This document shows, in pieces, positions 10,346 to 19,337 of a stretch of 41,185 nt of DNA. The notes beneath the pieces were generated by a model. That model did not search any database. It saw only the letters and a program-made list of their open reading frames with translations, and had not been told where the DNA came from. The stretch is from Bdellovibrionota bacterium. GTDB taxonomy: Bacteria; Bdellovibrionota_C; UBA2361; JBGSMV01. Positions within the stretch are counted from its first letter, which is position 1. Every line of letters begins with the position of its first letter. The translations under genes and the position numbers were made by a program. The stretch spans positions 1 through 41,185 of the forward strand of contig JBIKWF010000032.1 of assembly GCA_044356455.1 (NCBI GenBank), in the 5' to 3' direction.

Positions 10346-11035
10346 ATGACCGAGAAACGGTTAGTTGTCGCCGTAGTTGAAGACGATGAAAGCGTCAGGG
10401 AGAGCTTAAAGCTCAACTTGGAGCTTGAAAACTACCACGTAGTAACAGCTGGGGATGGGGAGGCAGGCGTAGAGCTTGTTGCCAAGGAAAATCCCGATCT
10501 GATTATCTTAGACGTGATGATGCCCAAGAAAGATGGGCTTGAAGCGTGCCGCGAAATTCGAAATAGCGGCGTCTCGGTTCCTCTTATTCTCCTTACCGCG
10601 CGTAGCGCTGAAGTTGATAAAGTTCTTGGGCTCGACCTTGGAGCCGATGATTACCTTGCAAAACCTTTCGGAATGCGTGAGCTCATCGCGAGAGTTCGGG
10701 CACTTCTGCGCCGCACTCAGAGCAGCAATCAAGTAGACGAAGTTCGTTTCGACGACGTGGTCATCGATTTTAAGGCCTACAAAGCCGAGAGAAATCAAGA
10801 GCCTGTGGAGCTTTCTGCTCGGGAGTATCGTCTCTTGCGTTACTTAGTAGCCAAAGGCGGAACTGTCGTTACCCGCGACGAACTTCTCGACGAAGTTTGG
10901 GGTTACAACTCGTATCCCTCTACGCGCACCGTGGATAATCACATTGCTCGTCTCAGGCAGAAAATCGAGGACAACTCGGATAATCCCCGACATATCCTTA
11001 CTGTCCATGGTGTTGGCTACAAATTTGTAGCCTAG
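10346..11035 (+). CDS. OmpR/PhoB-family response regulator
   Basis: Receiver VEDD..LIILDVMMP..ADDYLAKPF and winged helix VWGY..RTVDNHIARLRQKIE..TVHGVGYKF. Confidence 0.96.
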   Translation: MTEKRLVVAVVEDDESVRESLKLNLELENYHVVTAGDGEAGVELVAKENPDLIILDVMMPKKDGLEACREIRNSGVSVPLILLTARSAEVDKVLGLDLGADDYLAKPFGMRELIARVRALLRRTQSSNQVDEVRFDDVVIDFKAYKAERNQEPVELSAREYRLLRYLVAKGGTVVTRDELLDEVWGYNSYPSTRTVDNHIARLRQKIEDNSDNPRHILTVHGVGYKFVA

Positions 11036-11228
11036 GATTGCGTCCGCTAGAAACATAAGCCAGCTGTTTGGACACAATCCGTGGGAGGGCTGAAAGTCCC
11101 AGAAGAATCCCTCTTCGCGGGGTTCTCGGTGTCAAAATTTTGGGCCTTCAAGCGCCAGAGGCGCGCGAATCGCGCCCACCGCCCCTTTATTAAGTGAGTA
11201 GTATCATGGCGTTAGGCCTTAATTTGCG

Positions 11229-11283
11229 GTTGTACCAATTCCCCCTATTTTTTGTAACAAATTTGCACCGAATTTGTCGCAGC
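11229..11283 (+). promoter_or_regulatory. Putative OmpR/PhoB-type operator (11-bp-period direct repeats)
   Basis: TTTGTAACAAA-TTTGCACCGAA-TTTGTCGCAGC at 11251/11262/11273, plus GTTGTACCAAT 22 nt upstream. Confidence 0.4.
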
Positions 11284-11375
11284 CTCATCAAATAATCAGG
11301 AAGGACACGAACGCTGTGAAGCTACGGCGCCTTTCGATTTGTGTTTATTTTATGAAGTTGGGGCGGTAAGGAAGC

Positions 11376-11678
11376 ATGGACGCGAGATACACAAAACATC
11401 AAATTCTAGTTCTTGAGAAGCAAATGATTACTTGCAAGGACGTTGTTGGTCTCTTTGGCCAGTATACGGATGACGAGCTTCCCCCCACGCTTAAGGCGCG
11501 CGTTGATGAGCACCTTACTGATTGTTCCCAGTGCCAAGAATTTGGCCGCGATTATCTTCTTGGAATTAAACTTGCCCGCGAGCTTTCTGATCGACCTGTT
11601 CCCGAAGGCGTGAGCTCCAGACTCCGCGAGGCGTTGAACCTTCGCTTGGGTCTGTCACTTCCCGTAGCACGCCCGTAG
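11376..11678 (+). CDS. Small zf-HC2 (ZAS) anti-sigma-like protein
   Basis: ITCKDV...YTDDEL...VDEHLTDCSQC (HxxxCxxC); AAGGAAG before ATG; alternative start 11424. Confidence 0.88.
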   Translation: MDARYTKHQILVLEKQMITCKDVVGLFGQYTDDELPPTLKARVDEHLTDCSQCQEFGRDYLLGIKLARELSDRPVPEGVSSRLREALNLRLGLSLPVARP

Positions 11679-11721
11679 CACGTTGTTAGCCTGAGAGGCT
11701 TCTCAGGAGCATTCGGAAACT

Positions 11722-11768
11722 ACCACAGAGACCACTAAGGGTAGAGACTTCTCCCCTCAGTGGTTTTT
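11722..11768 (+). repeat. ACCAC-N3-G repeat hairpin, terminator-like
   Basis: ACCACAGAG-ACCACTAAGGG ... CCCTCAGTGGT followed by T-run. Confidence 0.55.
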
Positions 11769-11934
11769 GCGTACCTCCGTAGTATCTCCGCTCTTCGCAT
11801 CTGCGGTACTTCTTTTCCTTATCTCGATCTATAGTGCGCCGCGATTATTCAAGTTCCACGCGGGAGATGGTAACCCGTGCGGCCGTGCTCTGCTCACGCA
11901 GGCGGCAGAGGCACATATTTTGAGCGCAGATTCC

Positions 11935-14709
11935 ATGACACATCCAATCTATATCGTTGATGGCTCGGGCTACATCTTTCGTGCGTACTACGCGGTTTCT
12001 TCGCTTTCGACGCCCGACGGGTTTCCGACCAATGCGCTGTACGGGTTTACTCGGATGCTTCTCAAGCTCCTTCAGCAGGCTGGCTCAGATCATGTTGCCG
12101 TGACCTTCGATATGGGCCGGGAAACGTTCCGCCTCGATATGTACCCTGAATACAAGGCCAATCGTTCGGCATGTCCTGAAGATCTCGTTCCACAGATGCC
12201 TTATTTTAGAATGATCTCTGAGGCGCTTGGCCTGCCTGTGCTTGAGCTTAAAGGATACGAAGCAGACGACGTGATCGGGACGGTGACGAGTTGTCTTAAA
12301 GGCTCGGGGAATCAGGTAGTAATTGTAAGCGGTGATAAAGACTTGATGCAGCTGGTCGGACCCGAGGTTTCCATTTGGGACACCATGCACGACAGGACTT
12401 TCGGGCCCACGGAAGTCAAAGAGAAATTTGGGGTTGGGCCTGAGAAGGTTGTTGAAGTGCTTGGTCTTATGGGAGACAGCTCTGACAATATTCCTGGTTT
12501 AGATGGCGTAGGCCCAAAAACTGCGACGCAGCTCATCGAAAAGTTCGGGAGCGTGGAAGGAGTACTCTCCTCGATAGAAGCAATTAAAAACGATTCCTCC
12601 TTAAGAAACAGAAAAAAAATTGCTGAGGCTCTGGAGAGCCAGGCGGAGACACTTAGGCTCAGCCGTAAGCTCGTCGAGATTTGTCTCACCGCACCAGTGC
12701 AAATTGCGCTTGACGATCAGATGGTGCAGGTCACCGCGCTAAGCCATGATGGCCTCCTGCGAGCGCTCACGCGTACTCCTCCGAAGGAGCAGTTGCTTAC
12801 GCAGGTATTTGAGAAGCTTAACTTCACGTCCTTGCTCGCGGAGCTGAAGCTTACTGGCGGAGCAATTGCGCAGCCTGCGGAACCTTCAAAGGAAGCCAAG
12901 GCCGAATATCGCACTATCTACCGCTCCGGGTTTGCTGAATGGCTCAGGCGATTTGGGGCAGAAGAAAAGTTTGCCTTTGATACGGAAACGACCTCCATAG
13001 ACACGCTGAGCGCAAAAATTGTCGGTGCTTCATTCTGCTGGTCAGATGAGGAAGCCTTCTATATTCCGCTTGCCCATGAGCAGAGCGACGAACCGCTCGT
13101 AACTCTGCCGGACTTCATCGCTGGCGTAAAAAAAATCCTAGAGGATCCAGCGATTGGCAAGGTCGGACAAAACCTAAAGTATGACGTCCAGATCTTTGCT
13201 GGACTTGGAATTTCGGTACAGGGCGTCACTTTCGATACCATGGTGGCGGGCTATCTCCTGCAGCCGGATAAGGGAGGGTACAATCTTACTGCGCTTGCGG
13301 AAGAATACCTGGGCCGCTCCATGCTTAAAGACGGGAGAGTGATTGAGTTTGAAGAAGTGCTCGCCGGTGCAGAACTTTTTTCGCAGGTTCCCGTGGCGGC
13401 CGCAGCTCGGTACGCATGTCAGGACGCGCATTATGCGTGGTTGCTTGAGGGTAAGCTTGCCCCTCTTTTAGATAAACAAGGGCTGCGCGAAGTTTTCTCT
13501 GAAGTAGAAGTTCCGCTCGTTCCAATACTCGCGCGCATGGAACGCCAAGGTATTCTGCTCGACTGTAAGCTGCTTGCCGGGATGTCGGAGGAGTTCGGCG
13601 GAAAGATTGAAAAGCTTCGTACGCATATTTTTGAATATTCCGGCGGAGAATTTAATCTCAATTCTCCCAAGCAGCTCGCCGAAGTGCTCTTTGAGAAACT
13701 TGCGATTCCCACTAAGGGGCTTAAGCGCACGAAGACAGGCACCTCTACTGATTCAAGTGTGCTTGAGAAACTAAGTCTTATTCATCCTCTGCCTGGTTTG
13801 TTGCTTGAATATCGAGCCATCCATAAACTTAAAAGTACCTACGTTGATGCCCTTCCCGCGCAAGTCTCTGCAGTAACGGGACGACTTCATACGCGCTTTA
13901 ATCAGGTCGTCACGGGAACCGGCAGGTTGTCGAGTTCTGATCCGAACTTACAGAACATCCCCATCCAAAGCCCAGAAGGTGCTCGCATACGCGAAGCCTT
14001 TATTACGGATCCTGGCTGGGTGCTTATCTCTGCTGACTATTCTCAGATTGAACTGCGGCTCCTTGCGCACATGAGCGGAGACGAGGCTTTTATTCGGGCG
14101 TTTGTGGATGATGTCGATATTCATGCCCAAACAGCGCGAGAACTTCTGCAGCTTGGTGAGCACGCAGAAGTGACGACTGAGCAACGGCGCCTTGGCAAAA
14201 CCATGAATTTCGGAATTATTTATGGGATGAGCGGGTTTCGCCTCGCCCGTGAGCTTGGGATCTCTTTTGGGGACGCGGAGCTTTACATAAAACGCTACTT
14301 TGACAGGTTCCCAGGAATTCGGGTGCTCTTCGATGAAATTGCCACTCAGGGCGAGCGCGAGGGGTTCGTACGAACGTTGCTCGGGAGAAAACGCATTCTT
14401 GCAGATATCGACAGGGAAGGGCGAGACAAGGGATTTGTAAATCGCGTGGCTATCAACGCCCCCATTCAGGGTTCTGCGGCCGATGTCATAAAGAAGGCCA
14501 TGATTTCGGTAGATACTGCCATTAATAAGAAGGGGTTACCCCTAAGGTTGCTTCTTCAAATTCATGATGAACTTGTGCTTGAGTGCAAAGCAGACATACT
14601 TGAGGAAGCGACGGCACTCATCAGAAAGGAAATGGAAGGGGCTTTTGCCCTAAAAGTTCCCCTAAAAGTTGAGATTGGTTCGGGGAAAAACTGGCATAGC
14701 GCACATTAA
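11935..14709 (+). CDS. polA: DNA polymerase I
   Basis: IVDGSGYIFRAYYA 5'-exo start (ATG 11935), FAFDTETT 3'-5' exo, SADYSQIELR, K..NFGIIYG, LQIHDEL. Confidence 0.99.
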   Translation: MTHPIYIVDGSGYIFRAYYAVSSLSTPDGFPTNALYGFTRMLLKLLQQAGSDHVAVTFDMGRETFRLDMYPEYKANRSACPEDLVPQMPYFRMISEALGLPVLELKGYEADDVIGTVTSCLKGSGNQVVIVSGDKDLMQLVGPEVSIWDTMHDRTFGPTEVKEKFGVGPEKVVEVLGLMGDSSDNIPGLDGVGPKTATQLIEKFGSVEGVLSSIEAIKNDSSLRNRKKIAEALESQAETLRLSRKLVEICLTAPVQIALDDQMVQVTALSHDGLLRALTRTPPKEQLLTQVFEKLNFTSLLAELKLTGGAIAQPAEPSKEAKAEYRTIYRSGFAEWLRRFGAEEKFAFDTETTSIDTLSAKIVGASFCWSDEEAFYIPLAHEQSDEPLVTLPDFIAGVKKILEDPAIGKVGQNLKYDVQIFAGLGISVQGVTFDTMVAGYLLQPDKGGYNLTALAEEYLGRSMLKDGRVIEFEEVLAGAELFSQVPVAAAARYACQDAHYAWLLEGKLAPLLDKQGLREVFSEVEVPLVPILARMERQGILLDCKLLAGMSEEFGGKIEKLRTHIFEYSGGEFNLNSPKQLAEVLFEKLAIPTKGLKRTKTGTSTDSSVLEKLSLIHPLPGLLLEYRAIHKLKSTYVDALPAQVSAVTGRLHTRFNQVVTGTGRLSSSDPNLQNIPIQSPEGARIREAFITDPGWVLISADYSQIELRLLAHMSGDEAFIRAFVDDVDIHAQTARELLQLGEHAEVTTEQRRLGKTMNFGIIYGMSGFRLARELGISFGDAELYIKRYFDRFPGIRVLFDEIATQGEREGFVRTLLGRKRILADIDREGRDKGFVNRVAINAPIQGSAADVIKKAMISVDTAINKKGLPLRLLLQIHDELVLECKADILEEATALIRKEMEGAFALKVPLKVEIGSGKNWHSAH

Positions 14710-14771
14710 GGAATCCTAAAAAACCTTCCTTGGAAGGGCTGTTTAGTGAGAGGTCCAAAAGCGGAAGAGGG

Positions 14772-15605
14772 ATGTCAAAGGAGCTTGAGGATAGTGAGTT
14801 AGTACGGCGGGTAGCGGGCGGAGATCGGGACGCCTACCGCGCCTTGTTTGATAAGTATCACGGCCGAGTGCTTTCACTGGCCTATGATGTCCTGCGCTCA
14901 AGGGAAGAGGCACAAGACGTAGCCCAAGAAGCGTTTGTGAAGGCCTACCTCTCTCTCCCCGAATTTAAGGGGGACTCAACATTCTACACGTGGCTCTACC
15001 GAATTGCTTATAATCTTGCCATCGACGTCAAACGGAAAATCGCGCGTCGCGGTGGGCCCACGGCGGAATTTGAAGAGTCTCATGCGCTCGATAAGGACGG
15101 CTTCTCTGCTAGTCTCGTGGGGCATGTTCAAGGACCTCACGCCGCGCTCTATCAGAAGCAGCAGCACGAATTGATAAAGCGGGCGCTCGCAACTCTTACG
15201 GAGGAGCATCGCACTACCATTGTGCTTCGCGAAGTTGATGGTCTCAGTTATGAGGAGATCGCTAAAGTTACCGGCGCTTCTCTTGGCACCGTCATGAGCC
15301 GGCTTTTTTACGCTCGCAAGAAATTGCAAAAAGTATTGCATGAAGTTGATCCGGGGGGGGCTGACAATGACTCTCCAGGTGAGCCTCCGCCGGGCAAAGA
15401 GGGAGGCGCCTCAGGACGAAGTGCCGACTCGCGCAGAAGTGGCCCCAAGCTTGGTGTGATAACCACCGGAAAGAAGGGGGGTGGGAGGCTCCTGCAGCGG
15501 GCTGAGTGCGTAAGAACTTTTGTTGAAATGGTGAATATTCTCAAGGTTTTGTGCGTCAGAGGAGTAACCAAGTCTGATGTTTTTGTAGTGGTTCCAGGTA
15601 GTTAA
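14772..15605 (+). CDS. ECF RNA polymerase sigma factor (RpoE-like) with C-terminal extension
   Basis: DSELVRR..GDRDAY, AQDVAQEAFVKAY, STFYTWLYRIAYN, LSYEEIA..GTVMSRLFYARKKL; GAGGG before ATG 14772. Confidence 0.95.
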   Translation: MSKELEDSELVRRVAGGDRDAYRALFDKYHGRVLSLAYDVLRSREEAQDVAQEAFVKAYLSLPEFKGDSTFYTWLYRIAYNLAIDVKRKIARRGGPTAEFEESHALDKDGFSASLVGHVQGPHAALYQKQQHELIKRALATLTEEHRTTIVLREVDGLSYEEIAKVTGASLGTVMSRLFYARKKLQKVLHEVDPGGADNDSPGEPPPGKEGGASGRSADSRRSGPKLGVITTGKKGGGRLLQRAECVRTFVEMVNILKVLCVRGVTKSDVFVVVPGS

Positions 15606-15621
15606 CCATTCGAGATGTGCC

Positions 15622-16845
15622 TTGTATATGACAGATTCCTCGCAAAAGAATTCCTCTTCACTCTATCTCTCGCGGCGCGCTCAGCGCCTGCTCTCGCGTT
15701 ATTTTGATGGGGAGGTAGGTTGGTTGGGAAGGTATCAGGCCGAGCGCCTGCTTCGCACGAGCGAGTCTGCTCAGGAATTTTTTGGGGCTCTTGATGAGTC
15801 GCGCAGCGTGGTTGCTGCCCTTCAAAGGGAGCAGCAACAAGACCTGTTAGGCCGACATGAATCTGATGGGGGAAGCGAGGCTGCGTGGAAGGCCGTATGC
15901 GCGTGCATCGACCAAGAACAATATGCAGAAAGATTACTCGTGAGGGGAAATGCAAAGAAGCGCTTCTCGATTCCCCAGCTCTTTGCGCGGGAATGGTTGC
16001 AGCCTCTTTCATGGGGCGCCTCTGGTGCAGTGGTAAGCGCGGCAGCGGTGCTGCTCGTGGTAGGGCCTGGGGCGGGTGGCGCGTTGATTGCTCGTAGTGG
16101 GCCCCTAGATGTGGGCGCTCCTGAGGGCGTTCAGCTTGCATCTGCCGGTACTTCTGCTGCTGAGGGCGCTTTTGCTGATCGGTCCTCGGGTGTGACTGAG
16201 GCTTCCGTGAGTGAGGGCCTTTCCCCTCCACAACTGCTTCCTTCGTCTCGGGTGTTCCCTTCGCGGGGCTCCTATCAAGATGGTTCAGCTGATTTCAGAG
16301 AAGTTTCGATGGGCGGTGTCTCTGCTTCAGGCCAATCTGTGGGAGAAGGCGAGTTCGATAGTGGTCTTCAGCGCTTAGCGAGCGAACTTTCCGTGAGTGC
16401 GGGAGAACCCGCATATCCAGTTTCCTCTGATACTTCGATTACGAATATTTCGGAAGCAATAGCGGCGGCTCTCGCAGCGAGGGCGCGGCGTGAGTCTGAG
16501 ATGGGAGGGCTTCCGTTCTCCTCCAACTCAAGAAGAGCGCGGCGATCTTTCTACGATGCGGGCGCGTCTAATTTCGCGGTTGGCGCAGGAACGGCTTCGC
16601 GCCAAGCTCCGCGGGCGGTAGAAGTCGACTGGATGCGCAGCGACGGTCGTGTGCGGGTATTCCACGACCCTGTGGAGCAGGCAGCCTTTATTTGGGTTAA
16701 TCCGTCGCGTGCGATGGTTGAGCGCAGTGCGGCCCTTGCTCCTTCTGAGGGGAGCGATCTTGTCCCTGGCAGCTTGTTGGGCGAAGATTCTATTGGTGCT
16801 ATGAGCGCGGAGTCGCAGTCATCAGCCTCTTCCGCGGGCTTCTAG
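15622..16845 (+). CDS. Putative transmembrane anti-sigma factor
   Basis: Directly after ECF gene; N-terminal LLSRYFDGE anti-sigma-like helix, central hydrophobic helix GAVVSAAAVLLVV, Ser/Ala-rich linker, short C-terminal beta-rich segment. Confidence 0.7.
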   Translation: MYMTDSSQKNSSSLYLSRRAQRLLSRYFDGEVGWLGRYQAERLLRTSESAQEFFGALDESRSVVAALQREQQQDLLGRHESDGGSEAAWKAVCACIDQEQYAERLLVRGNAKKRFSIPQLFAREWLQPLSWGASGAVVSAAAVLLVVGPGAGGALIARSGPLDVGAPEGVQLASAGTSAAEGAFADRSSGVTEASVSEGLSPPQLLPSSRVFPSRGSYQDGSADFREVSMGGVSASGQSVGEGEFDSGLQRLASELSVSAGEPAYPVSSDTSITNISEAIAAALAARARRESEMGGLPFSSNSRRARRSFYDAGASNFAVGAGTASRQAPRAVEVDWMRSDGRVRVFHDPVEQAAFIWVNPSRAMVERSAALAPSEGSDLVPGSLLGEDSIGAMSAESQSSASSAGF

Positions 16846-16970
16846 GGAACGTCTAAAAATTTCTCCTCTGTGAACTCTGTGGTCTCTGTGGTTGATTTGA
16901 GTTGCCGAAAATCCGCACAGAGGACACAGAGCGAAGAAATAAATATCGAGGTTTATCAGAGGTTCCTTAG
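16842..16970. repeat. Inverted-repeat-bounded miniature element with CTCTGTGGT / CACAGAG arrays
   Basis: Ends CTAGGGAACGTCTAAAAA / TTTATCAGAGGTTCCTTAG; inside 3x CTCTGTG(AA/GT) 16866-16892 and 2x CACAGAG 16916-16931. Confidence 0.65.
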
Positions 16971-17021
16971 CTCACTCCACGACCTTTCGGTATTTGTTGC
17001 TCACCTAGTAAGGGGTGTTTC

Positions 17022-17684
17022 ATGAGTCGCTTTTTTTGTGCTCGCGCAGGTGGGGTCGCTGGATCTGCTCTTGGGCGATTTCCATTTTTCGCGGACGAAG
17101 TGCGCAGTCTTAAGGTCCTCTTTTTAAGCGTGGTATTTCTCGCGGCTTTTGCGGAAAGAGCGGCCGCGCAAGAAGTTCAGCCGGCGGCAGCAGAGCGAAG
17201 CGCTGCGTTGACGGCAGGTGTTGCAAATAGTGACCTTCCGTCCTTCTCAGGCTCGAAAGTCCTCATCACCGTAAGAACGATTGAAGCCCAAGGCCGAATT
17301 GAGGAGACAGAGACCGACCAGCAGATCCCTGTTCGAATCGATGGGCGTCTTGCTGATCTTGCCGATAAGCTTAAGAAATTGCCGTTTCGGGGCTTTGTTT
17401 TCCTTTCCGCAGATAAGCGGGCAATTTCGGTACGCAAAAAAGAGCTCATTTCTCTAGTGAATGGGCAGACCCTCGCACTTCGTCCACTTTACTCTGAGCT
17501 GGTGCCAGGAGGCTCTCAGAAGATCGGACTTTGGCTCCGGTGGCAGGATAGAGCGGGGGCGGAAATTCTCGACACTCGTATGCACTTCGATGACGGGCAA
17601 AGCATGATTGCGGGAACTGATCAGGCCAAGGATCCTCTGAGCGGTTTAATTCTTGCGGTTCAAGTAGCGCCGATGCCCAAGTAG
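17022..17684 (+). CDS. Hypothetical exported protein (third gene of ECF cluster)
   Basis: AAGGGG before ATG; signal-peptide-like VLFLSVVFLAAFAERAAA; 220 aa. Confidence 0.75.
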   Translation: MSRFFCARAGGVAGSALGRFPFFADEVRSLKVLFLSVVFLAAFAERAAAQEVQPAAAERSAALTAGVANSDLPSFSGSKVLITVRTIEAQGRIEETETDQQIPVRIDGRLADLADKLKKLPFRGFVFLSADKRAISVRKKELISLVNGQTLALRPLYSELVPGGSQKIGLWLRWQDRAGAEILDTRMHFDDGQSMIAGTDQAKDPLSGLILAVQVAPMPK

Positions 17685-17693
17685 GGTTGGTCT

Positions 17694-17992
17694 CTAGCCG
17701 TCATTGCTCACAGCCCCGACGGGCTGTGGGCAATGACGGCTAGCTAACGCCCGGCCGCCTTCGCCTATCGGCTACGGCGCGCCTCGTCTGCGAGCCGCGG
17801 CGTAGCGCGATCAGCGCGGAGACGGGACGGCGTTAGCAAATCGCGACCGAAGAGAGCGATTTGGAGTGCACCGGAGGGCGACGCCGTGTTCGCGGCGCTC
17901 GCAGGTGCGCGATGTTGGAAATCGGCCCGGATGGCCGATTTCCAACGGTAATCTCACGGACCCAAAGGGATCCCGTGAGATATAGCGGCTAG
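17694..17992. repeat. Cluster of six consecutive stem-loop domains (REP/REPIN-like or structured RNA)
   Basis: 23-bp stem 17694-17743, 9-bp closing stem 17743-17837, 8-bp stem 17837-17863, stem 17866-17910, 14-bp stem 17914-17946, 9-bp stem 17951-17981. Confidence 0.8.
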
Positions 17993-18010
17993 TAGTCTCG
18001 TCTCCTTGGG

Positions 18011-18475
18011 ATGCATTTCATGAATTTGAATAGTATTGATGAGCTCACGACTCTTGCTGACTTCGCTGAGAGAAAGGCAGAAGCAGTTTCAGCGTGGTCC
18101 GTGGGAACGCATATTCAACACCTTTCCCTCGCCATGAGCGGAATTAGCAAGGCGTTGCTCGCGTCATCTTCTCCCATGCCTCCTGCTCGGTTTTCGCTCC
18201 CCAAATTTTTCGTGCTGCTGCTTGGACGAATTCCAAGAGGGAAGGGGCGGGCGCCTAAGAGTACGATTCCTGAGAAGGAGGTGTCCAAGGAGGAGGTTCT
18301 CGCCGCACTCGCTGCAGCGCGAGAAGGGATGGTCGCGGCTCAATCCGTACCGTTCGATCGCTGGTTTCAGCATCCGATGTTTGGCCCTCTGACGAAGGAC
18401 CAAACGCTAAGGTTCGTTGAGATCCACAACCGGCATCATCTTGCGATTATTAGAGAAATACTAGCTGCGAGATGA
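18011..18475 (+). CDS. DinB-superfamily protein (DUF1569-like)
   Basis: WSVGTHIQHL near N-terminus; HPMFGPLT...H..HHL at C-terminus. Confidence 0.85.
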   Translation: MHFMNLNSIDELTTLADFAERKAEAVSAWSVGTHIQHLSLAMSGISKALLASSSPMPPARFSLPKFFVLLLGRIPRGKGRAPKSTIPEKEVSKEEVLAALAAAREGMVAAQSVPFDRWFQHPMFGPLTKDQTLRFVEIHNRHHLAIIREILAAR

Positions 18476-18728
18476 GAGAGCTCTCTCTGAACTTCTTTGG
18501 GATTACTTAGTCGCAATGCGCTCGCGTATTCGCTGCGCGGAGTTGCTTGTGCTCAGTGCACATCGGTTTTCTTAAATTTGAGGCCCAGAGGTTCATCGAG
18601 CTAGGCGATCTTGGGCAAGAGGGAAAAGTAACTCCGGTACAATGAGAAAAAGTGGGTGGCACTAAGAGAGAGAGCTCTCCACCTTTATTAAGTCTGTAAC
18701 TGGAAGTGTGTAAGTGGGGGAGGGATCT

Positions 18729-19337
18729 CTAATAGCGCGCGCGTTTCAAGTTCCTGAGGGCGCGTTGAGCGTCGCTATCGCCACCAGCGGCGGATTTTTT
18801 GTACCACCTGATTGCCCTCGGCAGCGACATAGGAAGACCTTCACCAAGCTCATACCCCCTCGCAAGGGAGTATTGCGCTTCGACACTTCCCCGCTTGGCG
18901 GCATAACCGTACCACTCCATGGCCGACGTGATAGATTTCTTTATCCCTATGCCGTAATAGTAACAACGAGCAACCTCAACGAATGCGTGGTTACATTTTA
19001 GTTTGGCAGCGGCCATGTAACAGCGGAATGCCTTCCGGGCATTTTTACTTACACCTTTTCCTGTCTCATACGATACTCCCAGGTCATAATATGCTAGGGA
19101 GATCCCAAGCTTCGCAGCCCTGTGAAGAAGAATAGCTGCTTCACGAAAATTCTTTCTTACTATTCCACCGTGTAGTTTCCAGGTTGCATAAGCATAAAGC
19201 GAAGGACCATGCCCATGGGAAACCGCTTCTCTCAAAATCGGTAGAGCTTCCCGCTCCTTCCCTGCTTTAGCGAGCTTAAAGGCATTCAGGTATAGCCGTC
19301 GTGCGCGATCACTGTATTTTATTTTTGAGGAGGCCAT
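18729..19337 (-). CDS. SEL1-like repeat protein, putative Rhs immunity protein
   Basis: Repeats AYYDLGVSYETGKGV..N..KAF, AQYSLARGYELGEG..A..WYKKSA..G..DAQ; start overlaps 3' end of Rhs gene. Confidence 0.88.
   Translation of the reverse strand: MASSKIKYSDRARRLYLNAFKLAKAGKEREALPILREAVSHGHGPSLYAYATWKLHGGIVRKNFREAAILLHRAAKLGISLAYYDLGVSYETGKGVSKNARKAFRCYMAAAKLKCNHAFVEVARCYYYGIGIKKSITSAMEWYGYAAKRGSVEAQYSLARGYELGEGLPMSLPRAIRWYKKSAAGGDSDAQRALRNLKRARY

Noticed and set aside
15602..16231. 209-aa antisense ORF and similar shadow ORFs (4956-5489, 35570-36115, 32991-33488)
   Set aside because: Lie opposite well-supported genes and have atypical composition
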